A stretch of DNA of 63,723 nucleotides, counting the filler, from an uncultured Methanosarcinales archaeon (GTDB lineage Archaea > Nanobdellota > Nanobdellia > Woesearchaeales > CAYXTQ01): assembly GCA_964608065.1 (NCBI GenBank). It is 3 parts of 3 records of this genome, joined end to end, with 100 filler letters (N's around TTAATTAATTAA, not from the genome) between each part and the next. Parts side by side here need not be neighbours in the genome. Positions count along the whole stretch, not along the records: positions 1 to 22,577 come from CAZSMA010000010.1; 2 more parts are not named here. One strand, 5' to 3'. Positions 1 through 9,922 of this stretch are shown here, piece after piece (the first letter of the stretch is position 1; each line of letters begins with the position of its first letter). The notes under the pieces are model-generated. The model worked only from the letters and a program-made list of their open reading frames with translations, was not told the DNA's origin and did not search any database. Both the position numbers and the translations under genes were made by a program.

Positions 1-34
1 AATCTAGGTGATTCTCCCTTTTAAGGGTTATCAC

Positions 35-2032
35 TTATTTTTTAGACAGTGCCTTTTTAAAATTATCTTCTTTTTGTTTAATCGGCAATAACACATGGAA
101 CTTTGTGCCCTTTCCTACTATGCTTTCTACTTTTATAGAACCTTGCATTTTTGTAATTAACTCTTTTGTAATTGCCAAACCCAGCCCTGTACCGCCTATT
201 TCTCTTGTTAAACTTGAATCTACTTGATAAAATCTTTCAAAAATCTTTTCAAAATATTGTTTTGAAATTCCAATACCCGTATCCTCAACTATAAAATGAA
301 CCTTAGATTTTTCTTTATTAGCTGTAATTTTAACATATCCTTTTTGAGTATAATTAATGGCATTAACCACCAAGTTGGTAAATACCTGCAATAATCTAGT
401 CCTGTCATTCTCAATTTTGGGAACTGTTTTGTCTACCTCAACAATTAACTGTATTTTCTTTTTATTAGCTTTCAATTCATTTTCTTTTCTTACTGTATCT
501 AATAATTCTTTTAAATCTACTTTTTCATAATTAAATTTAACTGTTTTTAAATCAAGTCTTGACAAATCTAAAATATCTGAAATTAAGATATTTAACCTTA
601 TTACTTCTCTGTATACTATTCCTAAATATTTTTTCCTCTTCTGAGATTTTTTGCCTATTTTTGGATCAGACAGTAATTGGACAAAACCTTTTATTGAAGT
701 AATTGGAGTTTTTAATTCATGGGAAGTTATAGAAATAAATTCGCCTTTCTGCTTGTCCAGCTTTTTCATCTCTCTAAGATTTATTCTTAACAACCTTTCA
801 GTTTCTTTCAGTTTATTGTTGGTTTCTTCAACATCCTCCATTATATTTAATGTGGCTTTCTTGCTATCTTCTGCTTCTTTAGCTTTATCTTCAAACTGCT
901 TTGTTCTTTGCCGAACTTTACTTTCTAAGCTTTTACTATAAGATTCGAGCTGTTTTCTTGATTTCTTTAAAGTTTTGGTCATTTCAACGAATGTTTTTGC
1001 CAAATTTTCAATCTCATCTTTTGTATGGATGTTTAATCTTGTTTTCCATTTTCCCTGTGACAAATCCAATGCTGCATTTTTTAATTTAATAATTGACGAC
1101 GTAATCTTTTTGGCCAAGACTAAACTTATAATGCTTACTACAATAATTATAACACTGAAAATAATAGCCATTATGTAAGAAAGTCTCGTTAAATCTTTTA
1201 ATGCCTCAGATTCGTCAATCTTGGTGATTAAACAAACATTTCTGTCTGGAACCCATAAATAATAAACAAAAACATTTACATCTCTATAATCTTTAGATTG
1301 AATAAAACCAGATTTTCCATCTAAACAATTTTTAGTGGCATCAGTGAATATTTTTTTCTTAAAAGCAGCATCTGGAAAATATTTTAAATCAGTTAAAACT
1401 AAATTAAATTCATTAACTAACAAAGTTTCTCCTAAACCTTCTCTTTTAGTGATTAAATTACTTATTTCTTTTAAATTTAAACGGCCGGCCAAAATTCCTA
1501 AAAGATTTCCATTATCATCTTTTATAGGAGCAGAAATAATTAAAGTAGGAATTTGTAAAGAAATATCATAATCAAAAGGGCCAACAAAAGTTGAATTTTT
1601 TGCATTGATAAAATAATCTCTATCTTCTTTTATTTTACCAACTTCACTTTTAATTGTAGACATAAATACCATTCCCTGTTTATCTAATATGGAAAATTCA
1701 ATAAAATTTTTATCAAATTCTGATTGCAAGGATAATTTTTCCAAAATATTTTTGTGGTAAGGATTAAGCTCCATAGAATAAAAATCAGAAGAATCTAACA
1801 TTAATTTATAATCCTCACTTATAACTTTAGCCAATATTTCTAAATCTAATTTTTCTCCCTGAATATAAGTATTTAAATTAGCTTTTTTTAACAAATTTAT
1901 ACTTTCTAACTGATTTTCAATTCTTGATTCAATTATAGAACTTGATTGTATAAAAAAAGTTATAGACATTACAAGAGCAACTACAAAAGATAAAATAATA
2001 AATATTAATGATAGTTTAATTCCTAATTTCAT
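35..2032 (-). CDS. Membrane sensor histidine kinase (dCache-HAMP-HisKA-HATPase)
   Basis: Two TM segments flank an extracellular Cache-like region; HAMP (DEIENLAKTF); H-box SHELKTPITS; N-box NLVVNAINYT; G-boxes DTGIGI and GGTGLGL. Confidence 0.95.
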   Translation of the reverse strand: MKLGIKLSLIFIILSFVVALVMSITFFIQSSSIIESRIENQLESINLLKKANLNTYIQGEKLDLEILAKVISEDYKLMLDSSDFYSMELNPYHKNILEKLSLQSEFDKNFIEFSILDKQGMVFMSTIKSEVGKIKEDRDYFINAKNSTFVGPFDYDISLQIPTLIISAPIKDDNGNLLGILAGRLNLKEISNLITKREGLGETLLVNEFNLVLTDLKYFPDAAFKKKIFTDATKNCLDGKSGFIQSKDYRDVNVFVYYLWVPDRNVCLITKIDESEALKDLTRLSYIMAIIFSVIIIVVSIISLVLAKKITSSIIKLKNAALDLSQGKWKTRLNIHTKDEIENLAKTFVEMTKTLKKSRKQLESYSKSLESKVRQRTKQFEDKAKEAEDSKKATLNIMEDVEETNNKLKETERLLRINLREMKKLDKQKGEFISITSHELKTPITSIKGFVQLLSDPKIGKKSQKRKKYLGIVYREVIRLNILISDILDLSRLDLKTVKFNYEKVDLKELLDTVRKENELKANKKKIQLIVEVDKTVPKIENDRTRLLQVFTNLVVNAINYTQKGYVKITANKEKSKVHFIVEDTGIGISKQYFEKIFERFYQVDSSLTREIGGTGLGLAITKELITKMQGSIKVESIVGKGTKFHVLLPIKQKEDNFKKALSKK

Positions 2033-2042
2033 CTTTTACCTT

Positions 2043-3023
2043 TTAGCTATAAATCTTGTCTAAAAACTCTGAAGTATAAGCTTCTTCAATATTTTGTTCT
2101 TGTTTTAACAAACCTTGCTCAAATAAAATATCATTAACTCTTTGCCATTCAGTTTTTTCCATTGAACCTAAATTAACATTTGCTGAATAGATTAATGGAA
2201 TTGATGCTGAAAGCATGTAAGATTCATGGCTTTTAGTTCTATCAGTTGCATATTTCAATACAATATCAACGGCTTCTTCTTCATTTTCAATAGCATACTG
2301 CCAACCACCTAAATTAGCTTTTAAGAACTTTTCAACTAACTCTGGCTGTTCATTAATAATCTGTTCAGTTGTAAACAATACATCTGCATACATATTAACA
2401 CCATAATCTGCCATTAAAATTGTATTGACTTCATAACCAGCTTCCATTGCTTGATGAGGTTCATTAATAATGTATCCTGTTGAAACATCTGTTTCACCAT
2501 TCAATAATTCTGTGGCATCATAACCTATGTCTATTTCTGTAATTTGTGACCTGTCAATTCCTAATTTTGACATCATTGCGAAATATAAGGTGTCAACATT
2601 TACTCCTCGTTCCAAACCAACTTTCTTGCCGATAAAATCTTGTGGCTTAACAATTCCAGATTCTTTTAATGAATAAGCTACAACAGGATTTGTTCTGTAA
2701 ATAACTGCAAACGCTTTTATTGGTAAACCTTTTTCTCTAGCTAATAAAACTTCATCTGCTCCTGTAATCCCAAATTCTGCATTACCATTTGCTACTGCAT
2801 CTATTGTTGGATCTTCAAAACTGAAGGGTTCTATCTTTACATTCAAACCTTGTTCTTCAAAAAAACCTTTTTCTTTTGCCATGTAGTTACCAGCAAACTG
2901 TGCTTGATGAACCCATTTTAATTTTAATGTTATATCTTGTAGTTCTTGCTGTTCTACAACAGAAGTACATCCAAATAAAAATAAAGATATTAATAGTACA
3001 GATAGTAAAATAGTTTTTTTCAT
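2043..3023 (-). CDS. NMT1/THI5-like ABC substrate-binding lipoprotein
   Basis: Lipobox-like LFGC; LKWVHQAQFAGNYMAKEKGFF motif typical of the SsuA/THI5 family. Confidence 0.88.
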   Translation of the reverse strand: MKKTILLSVLLISLFLFGCTSVVEQQELQDITLKLKWVHQAQFAGNYMAKEKGFFEEQGLNVKIEPFSFEDPTIDAVANGNAEFGITGADEVLLAREKGLPIKAFAVIYRTNPVVAYSLKESGIVKPQDFIGKKVGLERGVNVDTLYFAMMSKLGIDRSQITEIDIGYDATELLNGETDVSTGYIINEPHQAMEAGYEVNTILMADYGVNMYADVLFTTEQIINEQPELVEKFLKANLGGWQYAIENEEEAVDIVLKYATDRTKSHESYMLSASIPLIYSANVNLGSMEKTEWQRVNDILFEQGLLKQEQNIEEAYTSEFLDKIYS

Positions 3024-3335
3024 TTAAACACCTCTTTATATTAATTAAATATTTAGTTCCTATACTTTTAAAGTTTTCCAAGAGAATTTTTTTGTGTTTT
3101 TAATTAAGATATATTAATTTAATATGGCTGCCACAATATTGCTCTTTTGAAATATTTTTTTCAGCCAATACTTACTTTTCTGTGCTGCAAATATTGTGAG
3201 CACAAATGCATATAATATATCTTGCCGGAATAGACATTGTTTGGCAAAAATATAGAAATAGCAATGTAAACTCTTTATAAAGGCTTATGAAATGGCAACG
3301 AAAGGTTTATAAGCCTTAAATCCCCATAAATTAGC

Positions 3336-4595
3336 ATGGATAAAAATAAGCTCAGGCAAGTGATATTAGATCAACAAACAATATTTCAAAAAGATGAAAA
3401 TTTAATAGAAAGAGATATAGACTTAGATTATTACCTTAAAGGAAATGAGATTGTGGTAATTTCAGGCATAAGAAGATGCGGAAAAAGTTCTTTATTAAGA
3501 TTAATTTCTCAAAAATTAGAAGGAATAAAGGTATTTATAAATTTTGACGATATTAGGCTCACAGATTTTAGTCTTGAAAATTTTCAAGATATTCAAGAGA
3601 TAATATATGAATTATATGGTTCAAATAAAAAAACATATTATTTTCTGGATGAAATACAAAATGCAGATTATTGGGAAAAATGGGTCAATAACCTCTATTC
3701 ACAAAAAATAAAGGTGTTTATTACTGGTTCAAATTCCAGCCTTTTAAGTTCGGAAATATCCACTTTCTTGACTGGAAGAAATAAAGTAATCAAATTATTC
3801 CCCTTTTCTTTCAAAGAATTCCTAAATCTTAAAAAAATTAAAGAATATAACACGAAAAAATTAACAAGCTTAGAAAAAATGAAAATCTATAAGGAATTTT
3901 TAGATTATTCTGTTAAAGGAGGGTTTCCATTAATCTTAAAAAATAATGATTTAGAATTATCAAAACAATATTTTGAAGACATACTTAATAAAGATGTATT
4001 AAATAGGTACAAAATAAAAGAAGTTAAAGAAATGAAAGATTTAATCCTATTTCTTCTTTCAAATGTAGGAAATATTTATTCTTATTCAACATTAAAAAAT
4101 ATAAGCCAAATTAAAAGCTTGAGCACTATAAAGAATTATATTGATTATCTTCAAAATGTATACTTGATATATACTCTTCAAAGATTTGATTACTCTATTA
4201 AAAAACAAAAAGTGTCATCTTCCAAAGTTTATTCTATTGATAATAGTTTCTTGAAGACTATTGCTTTTAATTTTTCAGAAAATAAAGGAAAAAGACTTGA
4301 AAACTTGGTATTTATTCACTTTTTAAGAAAAGGATATGAAGCTTATTATCATCTTGGAAAAAAAGAATGTGACTTTGTTATTAAAAAAAATTTAAGAATT
4401 GTAGGAGCTTACCAAGTAGCATTGGACATTAATAATCCAATAGTAAAAAAAAGGGAAATTGAAGGTTTATTAGATGCAATGAATTGTTATAAATTAAAAG
4501 AAGGAATCATTTTAACATTAGAAGATGAAAAGATAATAAAAATAAAAGATAAAAAAGTAATAATAAAACCTGTTTGGAAATGGCTATTAGAGTGA
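3336..4595 (+). CDS. AAA_14 ATPase with DUF4143 C-terminal domain
   Basis: Walker A GIRRCGKS, Walker B FLDEIQ, TGSNS, ENLV...ECDFV. Confidence 0.92.
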   Translation: MDKNKLRQVILDQQTIFQKDENLIERDIDLDYYLKGNEIVVISGIRRCGKSSLLRLISQKLEGIKVFINFDDIRLTDFSLENFQDIQEIIYELYGSNKKTYYFLDEIQNADYWEKWVNNLYSQKIKVFITGSNSSLLSSEISTFLTGRNKVIKLFPFSFKEFLNLKKIKEYNTKKLTSLEKMKIYKEFLDYSVKGGFPLILKNNDLELSKQYFEDILNKDVLNRYKIKEVKEMKDLILFLLSNVGNIYSYSTLKNISQIKSLSTIKNYIDYLQNVYLIYTLQRFDYSIKKQKVSSSKVYSIDNSFLKTIAFNFSENKGKRLENLVFIHFLRKGYEAYYHLGKKECDFVIKKNLRIVGAYQVALDINNPIVKKREIEGLLDAMNCYKLKEGIILTLEDEKIIKIKDKKVIIKPVWKWLLE

Positions 4596-4664
4596 ATTTT
4601 TATCTTATCAAAATGATAAGTTTTATATTTATTCTAATTCAATTAATGATAAGAAAAGAGGTTA

Positions 4665-7600
4665 ATGATGAAACATAAGGAGTTTGTAATATCTATTTTA
4701 GTATTTGTAATTTTGTTAGTTGTTTTAGTAGTTGCTCCTTCTGTTATTTTAAATACTCCTGGAAATGGTCAAGGTTTTCTTTCTACTAATTCAATAACTT
4801 TTAATTGTTCTGTTAGTGATAGTAATCCTTTGGACAATGTTACTTTGTATACTGATATTAATGGTAGCTTTGTTGCTTATAGTACTAGGCACTATGGTTA
4901 TGAAAAAGGTGCATTGTTAACAGAGCCAAGTAATGTTTTGTTATTGCATTTCAACAATGATAGCAGTGTTGGAGAAAATAGAACTTATGTTTATGATTGG
5001 AGTGGGAATAATAATCATGCTACTGTTTTGAATACTACTTATAATTCTACTGGTGGAAAGTTTGATGGAGGTTATGAATTTTATATGCCTTTTGATGTTA
5101 ATAATCCTGAAAATGAATCGATTGAAGTTCAAGATTCTGATAGTTTAGATTTAAGTACAGAAGGTACTGTTGAAATTTGGGTAAAGCCTTCCTTAAAATC
5201 AACAAGCACTTATAAAATATGGAGTGTTTTATCTAAAGGAGACCATTATTATGATGAAGAAGCCCCTTATTCTTTGTTAATACAAAGTACAAATTATGGT
5301 CCAAGTTGTAAATTTTATTTATATTTAGTTAATAATTTAAGTCAATGGCAAAGCTTACAAACAACAGAAACTTATAATTGTGATGGATCTCAATGGTATC
5401 ATATAGTTGCTACTTGGAATGGCAGTATTGTAAATCTATATGTTAATGGAACATTAGATATTAGTGCAGTCCAAACAAAAATTCCGTTTAATAGTGATAG
5501 AAAATTAAGAATTGGTAAAAACAGTATTACAGGACTAACTTATAACGGCACAATTGATGAACTTGCAATTTATAATAGAGCTCTTACAGCTGAAGAAATT
5601 GCAATTCATGCTGGAATAAAACCAAATAATACTGCCCAAACTTGGACAATAAACAATATTAATGATGGAAATTTTAAATATAATTGTTTAAGCTCAGATA
5701 ATACAAGTGAAAGTAATTTTTCAAGTTCAAATTATAGTTTTTATGTTGATGTTAATCCACCTATCTTTTTAGAGATTTCTCATAATCCGAGTAGTTTGGA
5801 TGATCTGGATCCAAATACCTTAATTAATGTGACTGCAAATATTTCTGAACCTTTCACAGCTACATTAATCCTTCAATATAAATCCCAAAGTGCAACCTTC
5901 TGGACTAATAAAACAATGGTTAATACTTCTTTAAACTTTTTTGAAAGTAATTTTACACCTAGTACTGAAGGCAATTGGAGTTATAGAATTTATGCTAATG
6001 ACTCCAACGGGCACATAAATATTAGCAGTATTACTACATTGAATATCAAATTTGATTATACTTGGACATGGAATAGAAGCACATCAGATTTGGGAACAAT
6101 TACTGGATTTTTAGGTACTACTAAAAGCATAGGAGTAATAACTATTGAAAATACAGGAGAATTTGATCTCACATTTGACCTAGAAAACAATGCCCCTTAT
6201 GGAATGACCTATGATGTTCCTGAACCTTTTGATTTAGCGCCAAAAAATTCAAAACAAATTAATGTTAACGCAACTTTTGCTTCAATAATTAGGGAAGATT
6301 CTGTTACCATAATTATAAATGCCACGCAGGAAAATGCTGACCCCCCAATAGCTTATGTAAATGTGACATTGGCATCATATGCCGGTGGCCCATATCTTGA
6401 TGTAAAGATTTCTGATTATACAGCCACAATAAACCAAACAGATTCAATGACATTAAGTGGTTATTTACAAAATTTAGGCAATGAAACTGCTACTAATGTT
6501 TCTTTTAACTGGACATTGCCTACTGGCTGGTCTAATTCTTCTGGAAATTTAAGCATTGGTTATGGAAACATAGCACCAGGTTCTACAAAATATTATAATA
6601 CAATAACTGCAAATGTTAGTAACTTAGCTACTGCTGGGATGAATATTATTGTAGCTACTGTTAGTTGTATACAAAATAATACAGATAACCATACTGTTTC
6701 TATTCAAGTAAATTGTTTTAGTGGTGATGGAGTTTGTGGCGCCGGCTGTACTTATTTAACAGATACTGAATGTACAAAGGAAACTATAATTGTTACAACT
6801 AGTGGAGGAGGTACAGGAGGCAGTCCAGGTCCATCATTAGGTAAAGTTGAATCTAAAGAAATTTCCAAAGTAGTGCATATTGTAAGAGGAGAAAAAGGTA
6901 ATTTTACGATTGATGTTGAGAATACTTTTAAAGATTCAATCTTAGAAAACTTAACTTTAGAATTATCAGGGTTTCTTGTTCAATATGTAACTGTAACTCC
7001 AAATAAACTTTCAAACATTAAGTTCAATCAATCAAAAGCATTTATTGTAACTATCGCAGTCCCTGCTTACTTAGAGCATCAAAATTATACTTTGACTGCA
7101 ACTATTTCAGGAATAATAAAAGATAATACAAATGTTACTAAATTCCTTAAGATTAAAGAATATATTTCATTAGTTATTCATGATATTAGCAAAACAACAT
7201 CCTCTAATAATTTAGATAAAGCAAGAAAAGCTGTTGAAGAAATGGAAAATGCAGGTTTTATTATTACTAAAACTTTAAAATTATTAGAAGAAGCTGAAGA
7301 TAATTTAGCAATAGACGAATATGAGTCTAGCTTTGATTTGTCAACAAGATTATTAACAATCAAAGAAAAAGCTTTTGCTACTAATGATTTAATCAATGAA
7401 ATTAAAGATAGTATGGATGTGGCTAATAAAAAAGGTTTAACATTTACTGAAAGTTTAGACATTTTAAATTTGGCAATAGCAGCTTTTGAAAGAGAAGATT
7501 TTGATATTGCCGAACAAAGAGCTAATGATGCAGAATTGTCTTTTAACTTGGAAATACAAGGACAATTTAACTTGTTATGGTTCTTGTTATATTATTGGTG

Positions 7601-8123
7601 GGCGATTTTATTAGGATTAATTATGTTTTCTGCAATAAGTTATTTTGCTTATTTGAAATTTATGATGTATTATATTAAACAGAAATTAAAGAACCTGGCT
7701 AATGAAGAACTTTCAATAGTAAAATTAATGAAAGAAACCCAAAAGAACGCTTTTATTGACAAATCAATCACTTCTACTGAATATTTCAGATCAATGGCAC
7801 AATATTCTGATAGATTAAGAAAGATAAGGATTTTAAGAACAAAGTTAAGATCTATAAGAATTGGAATTATAAAAATTGCAGAAGAATTAAAAATCTTGGA
7901 AAAAGAAAACCAAGAAATAAGAATCCTATTAAGAAAAACTCAAGAAGATTATTACCAAACAAGAAAATTGAGTAAAAGAGATTATGAAAATGCCATTGAA
8001 GCAGGGCATACTAGGGTTGCGGAAATTGAAGAAGCAAAAGCTTTGTTAAATGCCAAGATTAGAATTAATAAGATGAATAACCATAAAGGCTTGTGGCAAA
8101 AGATTAAGGGGTTAAAAAAATGA
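4665..8123 (+). CDS. Large membrane-anchored surface protein with LamG (concanavalin A-like) and Ig/CARDB-like domains
   Basis: Signal peptide; WYHIVATWNG and GTIDELAIYNRALT LamG motifs; many NxS/T sequons; coiled coil, C-terminal TM and cytoplasmic tail. Confidence 0.85.
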   Translation: MMKHKEFVISILVFVILLVVLVVAPSVILNTPGNGQGFLSTNSITFNCSVSDSNPLDNVTLYTDINGSFVAYSTRHYGYEKGALLTEPSNVLLLHFNNDSSVGENRTYVYDWSGNNNHATVLNTTYNSTGGKFDGGYEFYMPFDVNNPENESIEVQDSDSLDLSTEGTVEIWVKPSLKSTSTYKIWSVLSKGDHYYDEEAPYSLLIQSTNYGPSCKFYLYLVNNLSQWQSLQTTETYNCDGSQWYHIVATWNGSIVNLYVNGTLDISAVQTKIPFNSDRKLRIGKNSITGLTYNGTIDELAIYNRALTAEEIAIHAGIKPNNTAQTWTINNINDGNFKYNCLSSDNTSESNFSSSNYSFYVDVNPPIFLEISHNPSSLDDLDPNTLINVTANISEPFTATLILQYKSQSATFWTNKTMVNTSLNFFESNFTPSTEGNWSYRIYANDSNGHINISSITTLNIKFDYTWTWNRSTSDLGTITGFLGTTKSIGVITIENTGEFDLTFDLENNAPYGMTYDVPEPFDLAPKNSKQINVNATFASIIREDSVTIIINATQENADPPIAYVNVTLASYAGGPYLDVKISDYTATINQTDSMTLSGYLQNLGNETATNVSFNWTLPTGWSNSSGNLSIGYGNIAPGSTKYYNTITANVSNLATAGMNIIVATVSCIQNNTDNHTVSIQVNCFSGDGVCGAGCTYLTDTECTKETIIVTTSGGGTGGSPGPSLGKVESKEISKVVHIVRGEKGNFTIDVENTFKDSILENLTLELSGFLVQYVTVTPNKLSNIKFNQSKAFIVTIAVPAYLEHQNYTLTATISGIIKDNTNVTKFLKIKEYISLVIHDISKTTSSNNLDKARKAVEEMENAGFIITKTLKLLEEAEDNLAIDEYESSFDLSTRLLTIKEKAFATNDLINEIKDSMDVANKKGLTFTESLDILNLAIAAFEREDFDIAEQRANDAELSFNLEIQGQFNLLWFLLYYWWAILLGLIMFSAISYFAYLKFMMYYIKQKLKNLANEELSIVKLMKETQKNAFIDKSITSTEYFRSMAQYSDRLRKIRILRTKLRSIRIGIIKIAEELKILEKENQEIRILLRKTQEDYYQTRKLSKRDYENAIEAGHTRVAEIEEAKALLNAKIRINKMNNHKGLWQKIKGLKK

Positions 8124-8983
8124 AAAAATTAATTTTTAGTATAATATTCTTAATTTTAATAGCTTTAGCTAATGCTCAAGAAGAAATTACCAAAGAAAAA
8201 GCATTAGAAAGTTTAGAAAATGCTAAGCAAGATATGACAACTATGAATAATGAAGGTTTTACAGTTATTTTTATCAATGATACTATAATCGAGGCTGAAT
8301 CAGCATTAGAGAGGGTAGAAAATGCTTTAGATTTAAATTATTCTGGATTTAGTTATGAAGAAGTTTTAGAAATTTTAAAAATCATTCCTGAAAGAAAAGC
8401 TAAAGCTTATGAAATCAGCGATAAATTAAGAGCTTTAGAATTAAAAGCTGAAAATTATGCTAGTACTAGTGTAGATGTAACTAAAAGTTTAGTAATTTTA
8501 GAAAATGCTAAAAATACTTTTAATGATGAAAGATATGAAAGCGTTGAATCATTAATAATTGATTTAGAAAATAGTCTTGAAACTGCTAAAGCTGAACGAA
8601 CTTTAGGCAATGTTGTAGCTAATTCTACTAAAAATTTCATACAAAAGAATTATTTGCAATTAATAATCTTATTAGCAGTTATAATTGTAATAACAATTAT
8701 TTCTTGGAACAGGATTAAAAAAATCAGAGCTAAAAATAAATTAACAACATTTAAAATTGAAAAAGAAAGCATCAAAGAATTAATGAAAGAAACACAAAGA
8801 GAGTTTTATCAAAGAGAAAATATTTCTAAGTTAACTTATGGCATACGAATGGATCTTTATAGGGAAAAGTTGACTGAATTAAATCATACTATTCCTGTTT
8901 TTGAAGCTATTGTTAAAGGTGAAAAAATAAAGAAAAATAATAACTCTTCTGTAGAGAAAGATTCTAAAAAACAAAAGATGTAA
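8120..8983 (+). CDS. Hypothetical membrane protein paralogous to the C-terminal coiled-coil/TM/tail of the upstream LamG protein
   Basis: ATGA overlap with upstream stop; signal peptide, helical region, TM, shared LMKETQ motif. Confidence 0.75.
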   Translation: MKKLIFSIIFLILIALANAQEEITKEKALESLENAKQDMTTMNNEGFTVIFINDTIIEAESALERVENALDLNYSGFSYEEVLEILKIIPERKAKAYEISDKLRALELKAENYASTSVDVTKSLVILENAKNTFNDERYESVESLIIDLENSLETAKAERTLGNVVANSTKNFIQKNYLQLIILLAVIIVITIISWNRIKKIRAKNKLTTFKIEKESIKELMKETQREFYQRENISKLTYGIRMDLYREKLTELNHTIPVFEAIVKGEKIKKNNNSSVEKDSKKQKM

Positions 8984-8989
8984 CAAAAA

Positions 8990-9913
8990 TTAGTTTTTGC
9001 CTTTACCTTTTCCATTATCTCCTTTCTCAACTAGTTCAAAACCAATGTCATAACTTAATCCATTACTAAATAAAGCAGATATAACGTAATCTCCCAAAGG
9101 CATTTCTAATGCATTACTATGGATTATAGTTAAATACTGCTCTTCTATATCATCAATTGTTATAAAATCATCTCCAGTCCCAGATGCATTAAAAATAATA
9201 TCTTTATTCAAACTTTGATTTACAACTCTAACTTCTATGCCTAAATCTTCATAGAATGTATTAGAACAATCTACTGCTGAAAATTTCAAAGGTAATGTTG
9301 CTCCTAATTGTAAATCAAACTCATCTTGATTAATAATTGGAGGCAACCATACATCTAAACCAAAACTACAACCATTAAATTGAGAGCAACCTGCAGTATT
9401 AGGACAAATATCATTACTATCGTCAATTCCATCATCATCAGAATCTATTAAAATAGTAAATATTCCGTATAAAGATTCTGTTGGGAATAAATCAGTATTA
9501 ATGTCTGAAATAACTACATCTGTTGCATTCAAGATATATTCTCCTGTTACAGCATTTTCATCAACATCAAATACTAAGTTAAGTATTGCTCCTGTTCCTG
9601 CTACTATTCCTGCATCAGTTACTGCTGCAATTTTTAGTACATTATCTACATCATTAGTTTCAATAGTTGAATTTACTAACCTTTCTGTTGTTTGAACTCC
9701 TTGAAATATTAAATAAGGAGTATGGCTTATTTCAAGCTGGAAACCAGCTACAGATTCATTATTTTCCAAAGCTAATGGTACTAAAACATCTTCTGTTGCA
9801 ATATATGCTGAAGTATCAATTATTTCAACTTTTACAGTTTGCAAAGCATAAACTGTTACAGCTAAAATAAAAAAAAGCAGTAAAGCAATGGAAATTTTAT
9901 TTATTTTTATCAT
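8990..9913 (-). CDS. Secreted cohesin-domain protein with TSP3-like Ca-binding repeat and PxKF-like C-terminal domain
   Basis: VPLALEN..VAGFQLEI...GAILNLVFDV cohesin pattern; DSDDDGIDDSNDICP; GATLPLKF. Confidence 0.72.
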   Translation of the reverse strand: MIKINKISIALLLFFILAVTVYALQTVKVEIIDTSAYIATEDVLVPLALENNESVAGFQLEISHTPYLIFQGVQTTERLVNSTIETNDVDNVLKIAAVTDAGIVAGTGAILNLVFDVDENAVTGEYILNATDVVISDINTDLFPTESLYGIFTILIDSDDDGIDDSNDICPNTAGCSQFNGCSFGLDVWLPPIINQDEFDLQLGATLPLKFSAVDCSNTFYEDLGIEVRVVNQSLNKDIIFNASGTGDDFITIDDIEEQYLTIIHSNALEMPLGDYVISALFSNGLSYDIGFELVEKGDNGKGKGKN

Positions 9914-9922
9914 TTTATCACC

